Notes under the pieces: generated by a model | What the model saw: only the letters and a program-made list of their open reading frames with translations | Told to the model about the DNA's origin: nothing | Databases searched by the model: none | Source: a virus | Lineage: Duplodnaviria; Caudoviricetes | Length of the DNA: 59,210 nucleotides | Direction: 5' to 3' (one strand) | IMG/VR virus record: IMGVR_UViG_3300030107_003333 | Location: 1 to 59,210 of that record | In this document: in pieces, positions 1-8,286 of the stretch | Layout: the number at the start of each line of letters is the position of its first letter | Position numbering within the stretch: position 1 is the stretch's first letter | Translations under genes and position numbers: made by a program

Positions 1-85
1 CATTAGTAACTTCTTCTTCGGTTGTGGTATCGGGCACTTCTACCTCGATTGTGGTGGTGTATGTACGTACCACTTCTATTTCAAA
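1..85. repeat. Terminal direct repeat, left copy (circular assembly overlap)
   Basis: 1-85 matches 59126-59210 except T68 vs C59193. Confidence 0.97.
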
Positions 86-117
86 TGTTTTCATGATTAT
101 AAGTATTTTTTTTGCTT

Positions 118-480
118 TTATAGTTCAGCTTGTATGCTACACCCACAATCAGGATTTTCTTCTAAGTATTCGAGTATCTGCTTACCCAATTGTAAGTCTG
201 CATACTCGGATAAACCTTCTTTAGTAACCCCATACTTCTTTTGTATCTCATCATTGTACCCCATCTCATTATCGAACATCTTATTTATACGCTTGATTTG
301 GTCAGCACTTTCGGTTTCGATTTGCTTGACTTCCTCACGCACTTCATCAATTCTATCAGAATCTATCCAATAGTCTATATAGTCTTGATTTTCTATTGCC
401 CCGAACCTTTCAGGTGCGTCGCTTGGTTGTACTGCGAACATGAACTTGCCTTCAATGTCGCCTGTATAATATCTACCCAT
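118..480 (-). CDS. Acidic hypothetical early protein
   Basis: 120-aa ORF in tight - strand array, A-rich leader; MGRYYTGDIEGKFMFAVQ N-terminus. Confidence 0.8.
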   Translation of the reverse strand: MGRYYTGDIEGKFMFAVQPSDAPERFGAIENQDYIDYWIDSDRIDEVREEVKQIETESADQIKRINKMFDNEMGYNDEIQKKYGVTKEGLSEYADLQLGKQILEYLEENPDCGCSIQAEL

Positions 481-493
481 GTTTTCTATTTAT

Positions 494-1117
494 TTATTTT
501 GTTTCGTTGTGGTATAATTCGTATTCTTCTTCAATTTCATCGCTATCTATGTACTCTTGCAAGTAAGAGTGTATCATCCAATCATCACTTGGTTTGAATA
601 GTTTAGCATCGGTATAACCTCCACGTACATCACACCCACCATGTATTTGAAGGAGTAGGTACGTTTCCCCATCTAAGTCTAACCATGAACCTTGCAACAC
701 TTGGGATAGGTCGCTATTTCCGTTATATGTATTGAATTGGTGTTTGCTTTCCATATTGATTAGTTCTAAGAAGTCAGCACCTGCTTGACATACTCCCCAC
801 GATATATCGCCACCCCACTCTAAGCAATTAGTGTTTAGTTCGTTGAATTTATCGCATACATGATCCAATTCTAATTCGCTTAGGTAGTGAAAGATTGATA
901 CATCACGTATGTATTCGGTGTGTACTTTTCCGTCTTTATCTGTCCATTCAGACTTTTCAATTGTTGCCTCTTGTTCATTATCGAAATCCTCAATAGTCTT
1001 AACTTGGTTGCGTTGCCATCTACGACCATTTGCACCCCCACTATCTAAGAAGTGAGTGCCTGTGTTTTCCGTAAGCATAGCATACACTAGCTTTTGTGTT
1101 TCTGTAAATTGTTTCAT
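494..1117 (-). CDS. Acidic hypothetical protein
   Basis: 207-aa ORF; ENTGTHFLDSGG and HGGCDVRGGYT motifs look conserved; function unknown. Confidence 0.85.
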   Translation of the reverse strand: MKQFTETQKLVYAMLTENTGTHFLDSGGANGRRWQRNQVKTIEDFDNEQEATIEKSEWTDKDGKVHTEYIRDVSIFHYLSELELDHVCDKFNELNTNCLEWGGDISWGVCQAGADFLELINMESKHQFNTYNGNSDLSQVLQGSWLDLDGETYLLLQIHGGCDVRGGYTDAKLFKPSDDWMIHSYLQEYIDSDEIEEEYELYHNETK

Positions 1118-1129
1118 GTTTTATTGGTT

Positions 1130-1375
1130 TTATAAATTACCCTCTAATTTCAAAAGGGTTAAAAAGATGTGGTCGTTGGGTGTTTCAAGTGCCTCGCCTT
1201 TTTCCCATTCATTTTCATCATAGGTAGCTTTTAATTCTTCGTAATGTGTTTGCTCACTTTCGTAATAATGCGTTACTACTTTCGTAGCAAGTAATTTTAT
1301 TTGTTCTAATTCGCCACGTAGTTCTGTTATCAATCTACCTTGTGCCTCGATTGTTTTGAATAGTTCTTTACTCAT
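1130..1375 (-). CDS. Hypothetical early protein
   Basis: 81-aa ORF co-oriented and closely spaced with neighbours. Confidence 0.75.
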   Translation of the reverse strand: MSKELFKTIEAQGRLITELRGELEQIKLLATKVVTHYYESEQTHYEELKATYDENEWEKGEALETPNDHIFLTLLKLEGNL

Positions 1376-1387
1376 AGTTTATTGGTT

Positions 1388-1606
1388 TTACTCGTTATCT
1401 ATTCCGAGTGTTTCACATATCCAATCTTCCTCAAACCATAGAATATCGTTTAGTTGCGTTTCCGTCATTCCTTCGGGGTATAAATCCTGCATCATAAATT
1501 CAAATTCATCTTCTTTGTTGTTGTCAAGTATTAACTGCTTAGTGTCCTTTGCTCCTGACCAAGCGTCAAAATTTCTTAAACTTAGGTTGTCGTTTACTAC
1601 TTTCAT
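1388..1606 (-). CDS. Small very acidic protein
   Basis: 72 aa, D/E-rich, FDAWSGA...ETQLNDILWFE. Confidence 0.8.
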   Translation of the reverse strand: MKVVNDNLSLRNFDAWSGAKDTKQLILDNNKEDEFEFMMQDLYPEGMTETQLNDILWFEEDWICETLGIDNE

Positions 1607-1907
1607 GATATTAAATTTCTAATGTTAAAATTGCTTGTTTACAAAACGCCTCACTTATTAAATCTATTGCCTCCGAATCGTTAAGAAATGTAAAATAGAT
1701 ATATGCAAGTTCTAATTCTTCTATTGAAAAATCATTGAAATGGTTGTAATCGTTCATAGTTCCATGTTTATAATTTCAAACTCTGCGCCCATATCTGCAA
1801 GGGCTTGAGTCATTGCCGTGTCAATTGGTGATAGTGAGCCGTTTGGCTCGTGTGATGTTTTGATATTTTCCATTATTGAAAAGGTTTTATTTATAAAAAT
1901 TTACAAA

Positions 1908-2023
1908 CTAAGGATGAGCCCCGATAACGTGCACGCTTAACTTTTAGCATCTTACACGCTTCTAGCTCTCCTTAGTCCGTTGTTATCGTGTGGCCTCCAC
2001 TAGCCCGAGTATCTCGGCGGGCT
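1908..2023 (-). ncRNA. Candidate structured RNA / leader element
   Basis: GC-richer intergenic stretch; CTAAGGA(1908)/TCCTTAG(1975) plus GAGC/GCTC stem, CGATAAC(1922)/GTTATCG(1982) inverted pair, CCGAG-TAT-CTCGG hairpin at 2005-2017. Confidence 0.35.
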
Positions 2024-2039
2024 CGTATGTTGTCGGCGC

Positions 2040-2255
2040 TTATGCTCTCGCTCGGCGTCTTCGGTTGCGTTGCTCATCTGCTCGCTCGATTCGGTCAGAT
2101 ATCGCAACAACTTTGTTTTCAGTTATTGCTCTTGCTCTGCTTGATTTCTGCCCCTTTGTACTGCCGTAAGTCTTGTTAGAGTATTCCTTTCGGTATCTTC
2201 CATCCTGTACGGCTCGTTTGGGGTTGTGCTTGTTTATGCTTGTTAGGTATTTCAT
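2040..2255 (-). CDS. Small basic protein, first gene of leftward early operon
   Basis: 71 aa, R/K-rich, follows the large non-coding region. Confidence 0.6.
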   Translation of the reverse strand: MKYLTSINKHNPKRAVQDGRYRKEYSNKTYGSTKGQKSSRARAITENKVVAISDRIERADEQRNRRRRARA

Positions 2256-3200
2256 TTCCTTTGTTTGTTTCTTGGTGCTAAGATGGGGGTATCATTTCGA
2301 CAATACCAAATTAAAAGTGTTAACGAATGTTAAAAGGATTTTAACCCTTTACAATGGTGCGTGTACGCACGTGCGCACGTATAGGCAAAGGAGAACAGAC
2401 TAACAAACAAATAATGTTAACAGATGTTAAAAGAGGTTGAATTTGTCGAGGTTGCAATATCTCAACTTTTTAAGGGTGTACTACCAGCGAAGGGGGGTAA
2501 GTCCTCAAAACGCCTTAAAACGATTCGGTGTTAAGATATGTTAACAGATTTGGATATGTTAAATAGTAGTTGTATCACGCACGTACACACGTACGAGGAT
2601 TTAGGAAAGACTAGAGAAATAGATTAGGCAAGACTAAAAAAAAGTTTAGGTTGGACTAAATAATAAAACCCCGTAAGGGGGTAAGGTGGCGCAATATGGT
2701 AAGAGGGTGAGGGGATTGTTCCTTGCTCACATACAACACGTTACAAAACGAGCTTCAACCTGTGCTTAACTCAACACATGCTAAGTTATTGACATTCAAT
2801 GCCGTAGCAAAAAGCTAAAAAGTATGCGCAAAAGTGCGCAATACTTGGGGGAGGGGGTCTAAAAAAGTCGTTTCGGTTTATATAGTCTAGCGTCTGTATA
2901 TATATATAATCCCCATACTACGTATTTCTGGCATTTTTTTCAAATTGACTTCAGATCTGCTGAAATTCTCCGTATTTTACACTCAATAAAAAACCGCTAT
3001 GTTAGCTTATATGCGTTTAAACCTGTCATTTACAGCGTTTTAGAATCTGTCTCTTAAACTTTTACTTTACTCTTGACTTTTAAGAAAATAGTTTATACCT
3101 TTACGGCATCTGCTGTTCAGTAGAACACAAATAAGCATTATAGATGGTTTTTTTGTATGTACTGAAGAGTCTGTTATTAATTTAAACGCAAGAATAGTTG
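2256..3200. promoter_or_regulatory. Large non-coding control region between divergent arms (candidate origin/genome terminus)
   Basis: ~950 bp without convincing ORF; TGTTAA pairs, TTAGG-N3-GACTA repeats, CCCC-GTAA-GGGG hairpin at 2669-2680, G-runs and TATATATATA. Confidence 0.6.
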
Positions 3201-3204
3201 TATC

Positions 3205-3810
3205 TTGAGAGTAAGTAGGTTGAATATAGGTGGTTTAATTGAAAAGGATCCACCTAAGGAGCCCCCTAAGGGTTATAAGTATAACGAAGCTGGTAATCTA
3301 GTTCCTATTGATTTTGAAGAGTTCCATGAAGAGAACGATTTAGACATGGAGGATCTTATGAGAGGTGTTTCTCAAGCGGAGAGTGCTGGAGGGGAGCTTA
3401 TGTTAAACCCATATAGTTCTGCAACGGGGGAATATGGACAGCTTTATAACGAGATAAAAGATTTACAGTTTATGCAGGGGATAAGTAGGGATGAATTTTC
3501 TAGGGATAGAGATCTGCAAAAAAAAGTATTTAAGATGAGGGTTGAGGGGAACCTACCAAACATACCTTCATTAGAAAAGAACGCTTATGATCTTACTGAC
3601 GAGTATGCTCCTCAACTAGGGGACAAGTGGGACTTTACTTTAGATGAAGTAGCCGCTATAAGCAATTATTTAGGTAGGCAAGGTGCAAGAAACTACTTTG
3701 CATCTATAAGAGATAATACAGAATACATACCCTCAGGTACTGTTAATAAACCAGTAGAAGAGTACCTACAGATATATAGGTCGGGTAGAGATGCGAGTTA
3801 CGAAGAGTAA
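3205..3810 (+). CDS. Lysozyme-fold / lytic transglycosylase-like protein
   Basis: SQAESAGG...NPYSSATGEYGQL resembles SLT catalytic ES and NxxSSAxGxxQ motifs. Confidence 0.55.
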   Translation: MRVSRLNIGGLIEKDPPKEPPKGYKYNEAGNLVPIDFEEFHEENDLDMEDLMRGVSQAESAGGELMLNPYSSATGEYGQLYNEIKDLQFMQGISRDEFSRDRDLQKKVFKMRVEGNLPNIPSLEKNAYDLTDEYAPQLGDKWDFTLDEVAAISNYLGRQGARNYFASIRDNTEYIPSGTVNKPVEEYLQIYRSGRDASYEE

Positions 3811-3913
3811 GTTTGTAGCGAAAAAAATCCGAATGCTTGTACAAGAGGGTAAACCTATGAAACAAGCTGTCGCTATTGCCCTTGATATGTGGAGAAGAAG
3901 GAAAAACAAATAA
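3791..3913 (+). CDS. Small basic protein (not in ORF track)
   Basis: Hand translation: MRVTKSKFVAKKIRMLVQEGKPMKQAVAIALDMWRRRKNK; the KQAVAIAL motif recurs in small phage morphogenesis-region proteins. Confidence 0.65.
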   Translation: MRVTKSKFVAKKIRMLVQEGKPMKQAVAIALDMWRRRKNK

Positions 3914-3916
3914 CCT

Positions 3917-3924
3917 TATATTTG
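3917..3924 (+). promoter_or_regulatory. Bacteroidota sigma70 -7 element
   Basis: TATATTTG matches TAnnTTTG; 4 nt before ATG 3929. Confidence 0.75.
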
Positions 3925-3928
3925 TAGT

Positions 3929-5284
3929 ATGGTAACTCAGAAAACAGACCAGTTAGGCAGAACTTATTATACTGACATCTATGGAAATAAAACATCTCGT
4001 GCTGGGTCCATGGCTTCTCACGCTAGTTATGTGGATTCGGAAGGAAGGTTGAGAGATTCTGGGGACGAAGGCAAAAGGACTGGTACTGGGTTCTTTGGTA
4101 TAGATCAAGGTGGAGGTAAATGGGATGCTGGTACAGCTGAGTCAAGAGCTTTAGTTAGAGAAAGGGCTGGTATTGAGCAAGGCCAAGAAATGGAGGGTGA
4201 AGGATTTAAGGATTTAAGAAAAACTCACGCAAAAGCCCGACGAGCTGAAAGAAGGTTAAAAAGAATTAACGAAAGAGAGGCAAACAAAGCTAGAAGAAAA
4301 GGATATAAGTCAGGTCAAAAAAGCACCTACAAATCACTTGGTGGAGGGAGTAAAAGAAGAGCTAAGCTAGAAGAAAAAAAAGCAGCCATAGCTACAGGTG
4401 AGGGGGGTAAGATGACATCTGAAGATAGGCAAGTACAACAATACTTTGAGGATTTAAGGCAAGATAGAGAGGAAATAGCTGCAAAGAAAGTTATGGAGGT
4501 TGCGGCAGTTGTTGCCACAGCAGGAGCTTTGGGGGCTTTTAGCGGAGGGGCAGGCGCCGCAAGTGCTGCTGGAGGAACAGCTACTGCAGGAACAACAGCT
4601 ACTGCAGGAACAACAGCTGCTGGAGGAACGGCTGCTGCAGGAGGAACAGCTACTGCAGGAACAGCTACTGCAGGAACAGCTACTGCGGGTGCTGCTAAAG
4701 GAGGAGCTACAGCTGCCGCTGCTAAAGGAGGAGCTACTGCGGGTGCTGCTAAAGGTGGAGCTACTGCAGGTGCTGCTAAAGGTGGTGCAGGTGCTACAGC
4801 CGCTAAAAGTGGTGCAGCTTCAGGTGGTACTACTACAGGTCAGAAAATAGCTGAGGGATTAAAAAAGGGTAAAGAATATTACGACAAAGCAAAACCATAT
4901 ATAGAAACTGCTCAAACAATAGCAGGAGCATTTCAAACACAAGGAGGGGGAGGACAGCCTCAAGGTGGCCCTACAATTCCATCCGCAATGCCTCAACAAC
5001 AGGGGTCAATAGTACAAGCTTCTCCAGTTACCCCAATGATAGTTCAAGGTCAGTATGAACCACCCGCATCGTTAGCTGGTATGGGTTCTTCTGGTCCGAG
5101 TCAGCAGATGCAGGGCATTTCTACAGCTTTAGGGGTAGGCGCACAGGATCAGTATGATTTAACTACCTTTGTAAATCCATCAGACATGCAATCACTGTAT
5201 GCTGAAAAAGGGGGGAGAGTAAAAACAAAAACAGAATATCCAGAACAAATCCTCAAACAAGGAGGTAGAATAAAAAGAGCATAA
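3929..5284 (+). CDS. Low-complexity Gly/Ala/Thr-rich protein, possible virion cargo
   Basis: 451 aa; basic N-half, hydrophobic stretch, repeats, C-terminal AEKGGRV/KQGGRI. Confidence 0.8.
   Translation: MVTQKTDQLGRTYYTDIYGNKTSRAGSMASHASYVDSEGRLRDSGDEGKRTGTGFFGIDQGGGKWDAGTAESRALVRERAGIEQGQEMEGEGFKDLRKTHAKARRAERRLKRINEREANKARRKGYKSGQKSTYKSLGGGSKRRAKLEEKKAAIATGEGGKMTSEDRQVQQYFEDLRQDREEIAAKKVMEVAAVVATAGALGAFSGGAGAASAAGGTATAGTTATAGTTAAGGTAAAGGTATAGTATAGTATAGAAKGGATAAAAKGGATAGAAKGGATAGAAKGGAGATAAKSGAASGGTTTGQKIAEGLKKGKEYYDKAKPYIETAQTIAGAFQTQGGGGQPQGGPTIPSAMPQQQGSIVQASPVTPMIVQGQYEPPASLAGMGSSGPSQQMQGISTALGVGAQDQYDLTTFVNPSDMQSLYAEKGGRVKTKTEYPEQILKQGGRIKRA
4565..4825 (+). repeat. Coding tandem repeats (GTATA / GAAKGGATA units)
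   Basis: Repeated GGAACAGCTACTGCA and GCTGCTAAAGGWGGAGCTAC units. Confidence 0.9.
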
Positions 5285-5718
5285 TGGCAACCTTAAGTGT
5301 AAAAATAGAAGAGAACCTCGTTTTGAACGGTCAGCCGTTTCACGGGGACACAAACATGACATTTACCGTAAATGATGTTTATAGAAGAATCGTGTCATGT
5401 ACCAATACAGAACAAACTGTTTTATTATTTGGGGCTGCTGTAGCTGCTGGACAACTAAAAGATAATCAATTAAAGTATTTACGAGTTACAAACTTAGATT
5501 CTGCTGCATCAGGTGTTGCTGTTACTATAAGGGTTATAGCTGACGCAGAAGCTTACTTTATAAAGGTTCCAGCTCAGTCAAGTTGGATGATCGCTGATGA
5601 CGACATGGAAGCTAATGGTGATGGAACTACTTTTAGCGCTTTTGAAAATATATCCCAAATAACTATAACAGCTGCTTCAGGAACAGTTGATTGCGAAATC
5701 TATGCTGCTACAGCTTAA
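5284..5718 (+). CDS. Probable minor structural beta-sandwich protein
   Basis: Beta-rich, MATLSV start and YLRVTNLD motif similar to 24006/24404 proteins. Confidence 0.6.
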   Translation: MATLSVKIEENLVLNGQPFHGDTNMTFTVNDVYRRIVSCTNTEQTVLLFGAAVAAGQLKDNQLKYLRVTNLDSAASGVAVTIRVIADAEAYFIKVPAQSSWMIADDDMEANGDGTTFSAFENISQITITAASGTVDCEIYAATA

Positions 5719-5730
5719 TAATAAAAAACT

Positions 5731-6387
5731 ATGAAAAGTAAAAAAGAAAATATGCTATACGCCTTAGGTGGAATGATAAGAGAATACATGGGTGGTGGTA
5801 GGACTGGTGAGCCTCGTGAATACGCTAAGGCTAGAAACGTGGGTGGTGCTAGCGGTATGAGGGTTCGTAAGAATTATGAACATGGTGGTCTATGGCATGA
5901 TGCTGAAGGAAATGCTATTGACCGTCAAGGAAATCCTCTTCCAAGTGCAGCAACAGATTCATCAGCTGGTGCTCCGAAAAAAACAGACCCTAAAAAGTCA
6001 CGTAAGTACTCTGCATACGATACAGGAGATAGGGGCGAAGATTTCCCTCAAATAGATATTGAAACAAAAGAGATAGAAACAGGAAGGGATAGAGTTTCAG
6101 GAGAACCTATATTTGAAACTGAATATCAATTCTTTTTAGACGGAAAACCCGTAACCTCTCAAGACGCCGCTAAATCGTATGCAATGTCTATAGAGGGGGT
6201 TGATAAAGCTCCATCCTTTAATGATTTTGTTCAGGGTTATATGAATACATATGCTGGTGAAAGAATGGGGCCAAAACATGATATGCCTCAAACAAGATCA
6301 AGAGTAAAAGCTAAAGAGAAAGTAGATGTTGAAGGCTTAATGAAAGCTCTTAAACAATACGGAGAATACAACCAGTCAGATTCATAA
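5731..6387 (+). CDS. Hypothetical protein with repeated YxxGG motifs
   Basis: YALGG, YMGGG, YEHGG in the N-terminal third. Confidence 0.75.
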   Translation: MKSKKENMLYALGGMIREYMGGGRTGEPREYAKARNVGGASGMRVRKNYEHGGLWHDAEGNAIDRQGNPLPSAATDSSAGAPKKTDPKKSRKYSAYDTGDRGEDFPQIDIETKEIETGRDRVSGEPIFETEYQFFLDGKPVTSQDAAKSYAMSIEGVDKAPSFNDFVQGYMNTYAGERMGPKHDMPQTRSRVKAKEKVDVEGLMKALKQYGEYNQSDS

Positions 6388-6756
6388 TCTAGCTAATATT
6401 TCAATTTTAGTTTTCTCGCCTACGTTTACATTGGGTGTAAACTCAATTAAACATCCTTCCCCTGTTTTTACAGCTGTAATAGTGTATTGATCAACTATTA
6501 CATCGTTTTGAATCGCATTAATAATGTATTGCGTATCTCCCGACCTTAAGTTTATTGGGTTAAATATTGCTTTGGTGTCCCAAGGTTTTATAGCTTCTAA
6601 TGTAATTCCATCTACCACCATGTCCATTCCATACTGGAACACATCTTCTTCCCAGTTTAGTGGGGTTACGATAAAATCAACAGAGCATGCAGTTACTTGT
6701 GCGTTTACTGCAATAGTTGTAAGAGCAAAGCTTACGAGTAGGAATAAATTTTTCAT
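6382..6756 (-). CDS. Exported protein (Sec signal peptide), antisense to late operon
   Basis: MKNLFLLVSFALTTIAVNA|Q signal peptide with Bacteroidota-typical +1 Gln. Confidence 0.75.
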   Translation of the reverse strand: MKNLFLLVSFALTTIAVNAQVTACSVDFIVTPLNWEEDVFQYGMDMVVDGITLEAIKPWDTKAIFNPINLRSGDTQYIINAIQNDVIVDQYTITAVKTGEGCLIEFTPNVNVGEKTKIEILARL

Positions 6757-6789
6757 TGTGTATAAATTAATTGTTTAAAATTCAATTCG

Positions 6790-6797
6790 TATATTTG
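6790..6797 (+). promoter_or_regulatory. Bacteroidota -7 element
   Basis: TATATTTG upstream of 6953 gene. Confidence 0.6.
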
Positions 6798-6952
6798 AAT
6801 TGCTGATCTCAAGGTAAAATAAAAAAATTGACAATTCCAAATAAAATGTTAAAAAAATGTTAAAAACTTGAAAAAGTTTTATTTTAACACAAAGAAAAAA
6901 CGTAAGGATCACGCCAAAGAAGCGGAACTAATTAGGCTTAATAAAATCAAAA

Positions 6953-7471
6953 ATGAAACTAGAAGTAATAAGATTCAACAAAGGAGTGGATTCAACTAAT
7001 GGTATACTATTCGATATAACAAACAATGAAAGAAAATTTTTATGCTATACTCTCGAAGATGAGAGCCGTGAAGAAAAAGTTTACGGAGAAACTTGTATAC
7101 CTGAAGGAGAGTATTGTATACAGTTTAGAAATGAAGGCGGATACCACGCCAAGTACTCTAAAAGATTTGCTGATGTACATATGGGAATGCTTGAAGTGTG
7201 TGACGTCCCAAATTTTAAGTATATTCTTCTTCATTGTGGTAATACTGATGAGGACACTGCGGGATGTTTATTGCTGGGTGACACGCAAGAAAACAACAAT
7301 ATCAAAACAGGCGGCTTCATCGGTAGGTCGACCAAAGCGTACCTCAGGGTCTACCCGAAAATCGCCCAAGCGCTCAAAGAAGGCGAAGAAGTGACTATTG
7401 CTTATAGAGACTTTGCTGACTGTCTAATACTTGACCCGCTAGAATTAAACAAGCTGGCAGGAGAAGCTTAA
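6953..7471 (+). CDS. DUF5675-like protein (L,D-transpeptidase-like fold, candidate endolysin)
   Basis: CYTLED, CIPEGEY and ILLHCGNT..DTAGCLLLG (H...GC) motifs. Confidence 0.75.
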   Translation: MKLEVIRFNKGVDSTNGILFDITNNERKFLCYTLEDESREEKVYGETCIPEGEYCIQFRNEGGYHAKYSKRFADVHMGMLEVCDVPNFKYILLHCGNTDEDTAGCLLLGDTQENNNIKTGGFIGRSTKAYLRVYPKIAQALKEGEEVTIAYRDFADCLILDPLELNKLAGEA

Positions 7472-7481
7472 ACTTACACAT

Positions 7482-7841
7482 ATGTATACCTATAAAATAG
7501 ATGTTCTTAGAGTTATAGATGGGGACACCATTGACGCTAATATAGATCTAGGGTTTGACGTATCGGTAAAGAAACGTATTCGCTTTATGGGGATAAACAC
7601 TCCAGAATCCAGAACAAGAGATCTTGAAGAAAAGAAGCGTGGTTTAGCGGCTAAGGCTAGAGTGGCAGAGCTACTAGATACAGCTACAGAAGTTCAACTT
7701 ATATCTCATGGCGTAGGTAAGTTTGGTAGATGTTTAGGTGAGATAGATTTTGAGTGTCCAGATTCTCTGACTTTAAAAAACCTAAACAAACAGCTTATTG
7801 AAGAAGGGCATGCTGTAGAATACCATGGAGGTAAAAGATAA
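7482..7841 (+). CDS. Thermonuclease (SNase-like)
   Basis: RVIDGDT, RIRFMGINTPE, GKFGRCLG motifs. Confidence 0.9.
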   Translation: MYTYKIDVLRVIDGDTIDANIDLGFDVSVKKRIRFMGINTPESRTRDLEEKKRGLAAKARVAELLDTATEVQLISHGVGKFGRCLGEIDFECPDSLTLKNLNKQLIEEGHAVEYHGGKR

Positions 7842-8261
7842 CTACTCTAACTCTCTATAAAAAGACTGCACTAACAATCTTCCCTTTTGAGCTAAGGCAT
7901 ACCTGACTCTATAGTTGGTTTTTGTCTCATCTCTAAATATATGATCTTCTAAAGTTTGAGATGGAGTTAATTTATCGAAGTGTTTATATATGTACCCTTC
8001 ATTAAGAAGTGGATACACTATTCTCTCACTTAACTTTTTCCTAGAATATTGATATTCTTTTGAAGCATAGTCAAGTGTCCAGAACTCTAAGTCATAAGAC
8101 CATAACATAAACATCATTTCTTTTTCAAATATATCATGACGTTTACAAAAATTTAAAAGCTTAACTCTTAGATTTTTAAGAAAATTTCTTTTTACGTACC
8201 TTTGATTCAGTTTAGAAAAATCTCTAAACAGTTTCTTTTTTGACACTTTGCTTTTTGGCAT
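7842..8261 (-). CDS. Hypothetical, possible winged-helix DNA-binding protein
   Basis: Start more plausibly MPKSK at 8261 (avoids overlap); basic, LLNEGYI...RVRYAL.QKGR pattern. Confidence 0.6.
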   Translation of the reverse strand: MPKSKVSKKKLFRDFSKLNQRYVKRNFLKNLRVKLLNFCKRHDIFEKEMMFMLWSYDLEFWTLDYASKEYQYSRKKLSERIVYPLLNEGYIYKHFDKLTPSQTLEDHIFRDETKTNYRVRYALAQKGRLLVQSFYRELE

Positions 8262-8286
8262 TAAAATGAGATTGTTACGTAAAGAT

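Noticed and set aside
2847-2858. G-quadruplex
   Set aside because: Only two adjacent G-runs; other runs are too distant.
4565-4825. Possible CRISPR array
   Set aside because: Repeats are contiguous, in-frame and lack unique spacers; no cas operon.
4500-4850. ORF with LLQEQQ repeats
   Set aside because: Shadow frame of the GCT/ACT/GGA repeats in the 3929-5284 gene.
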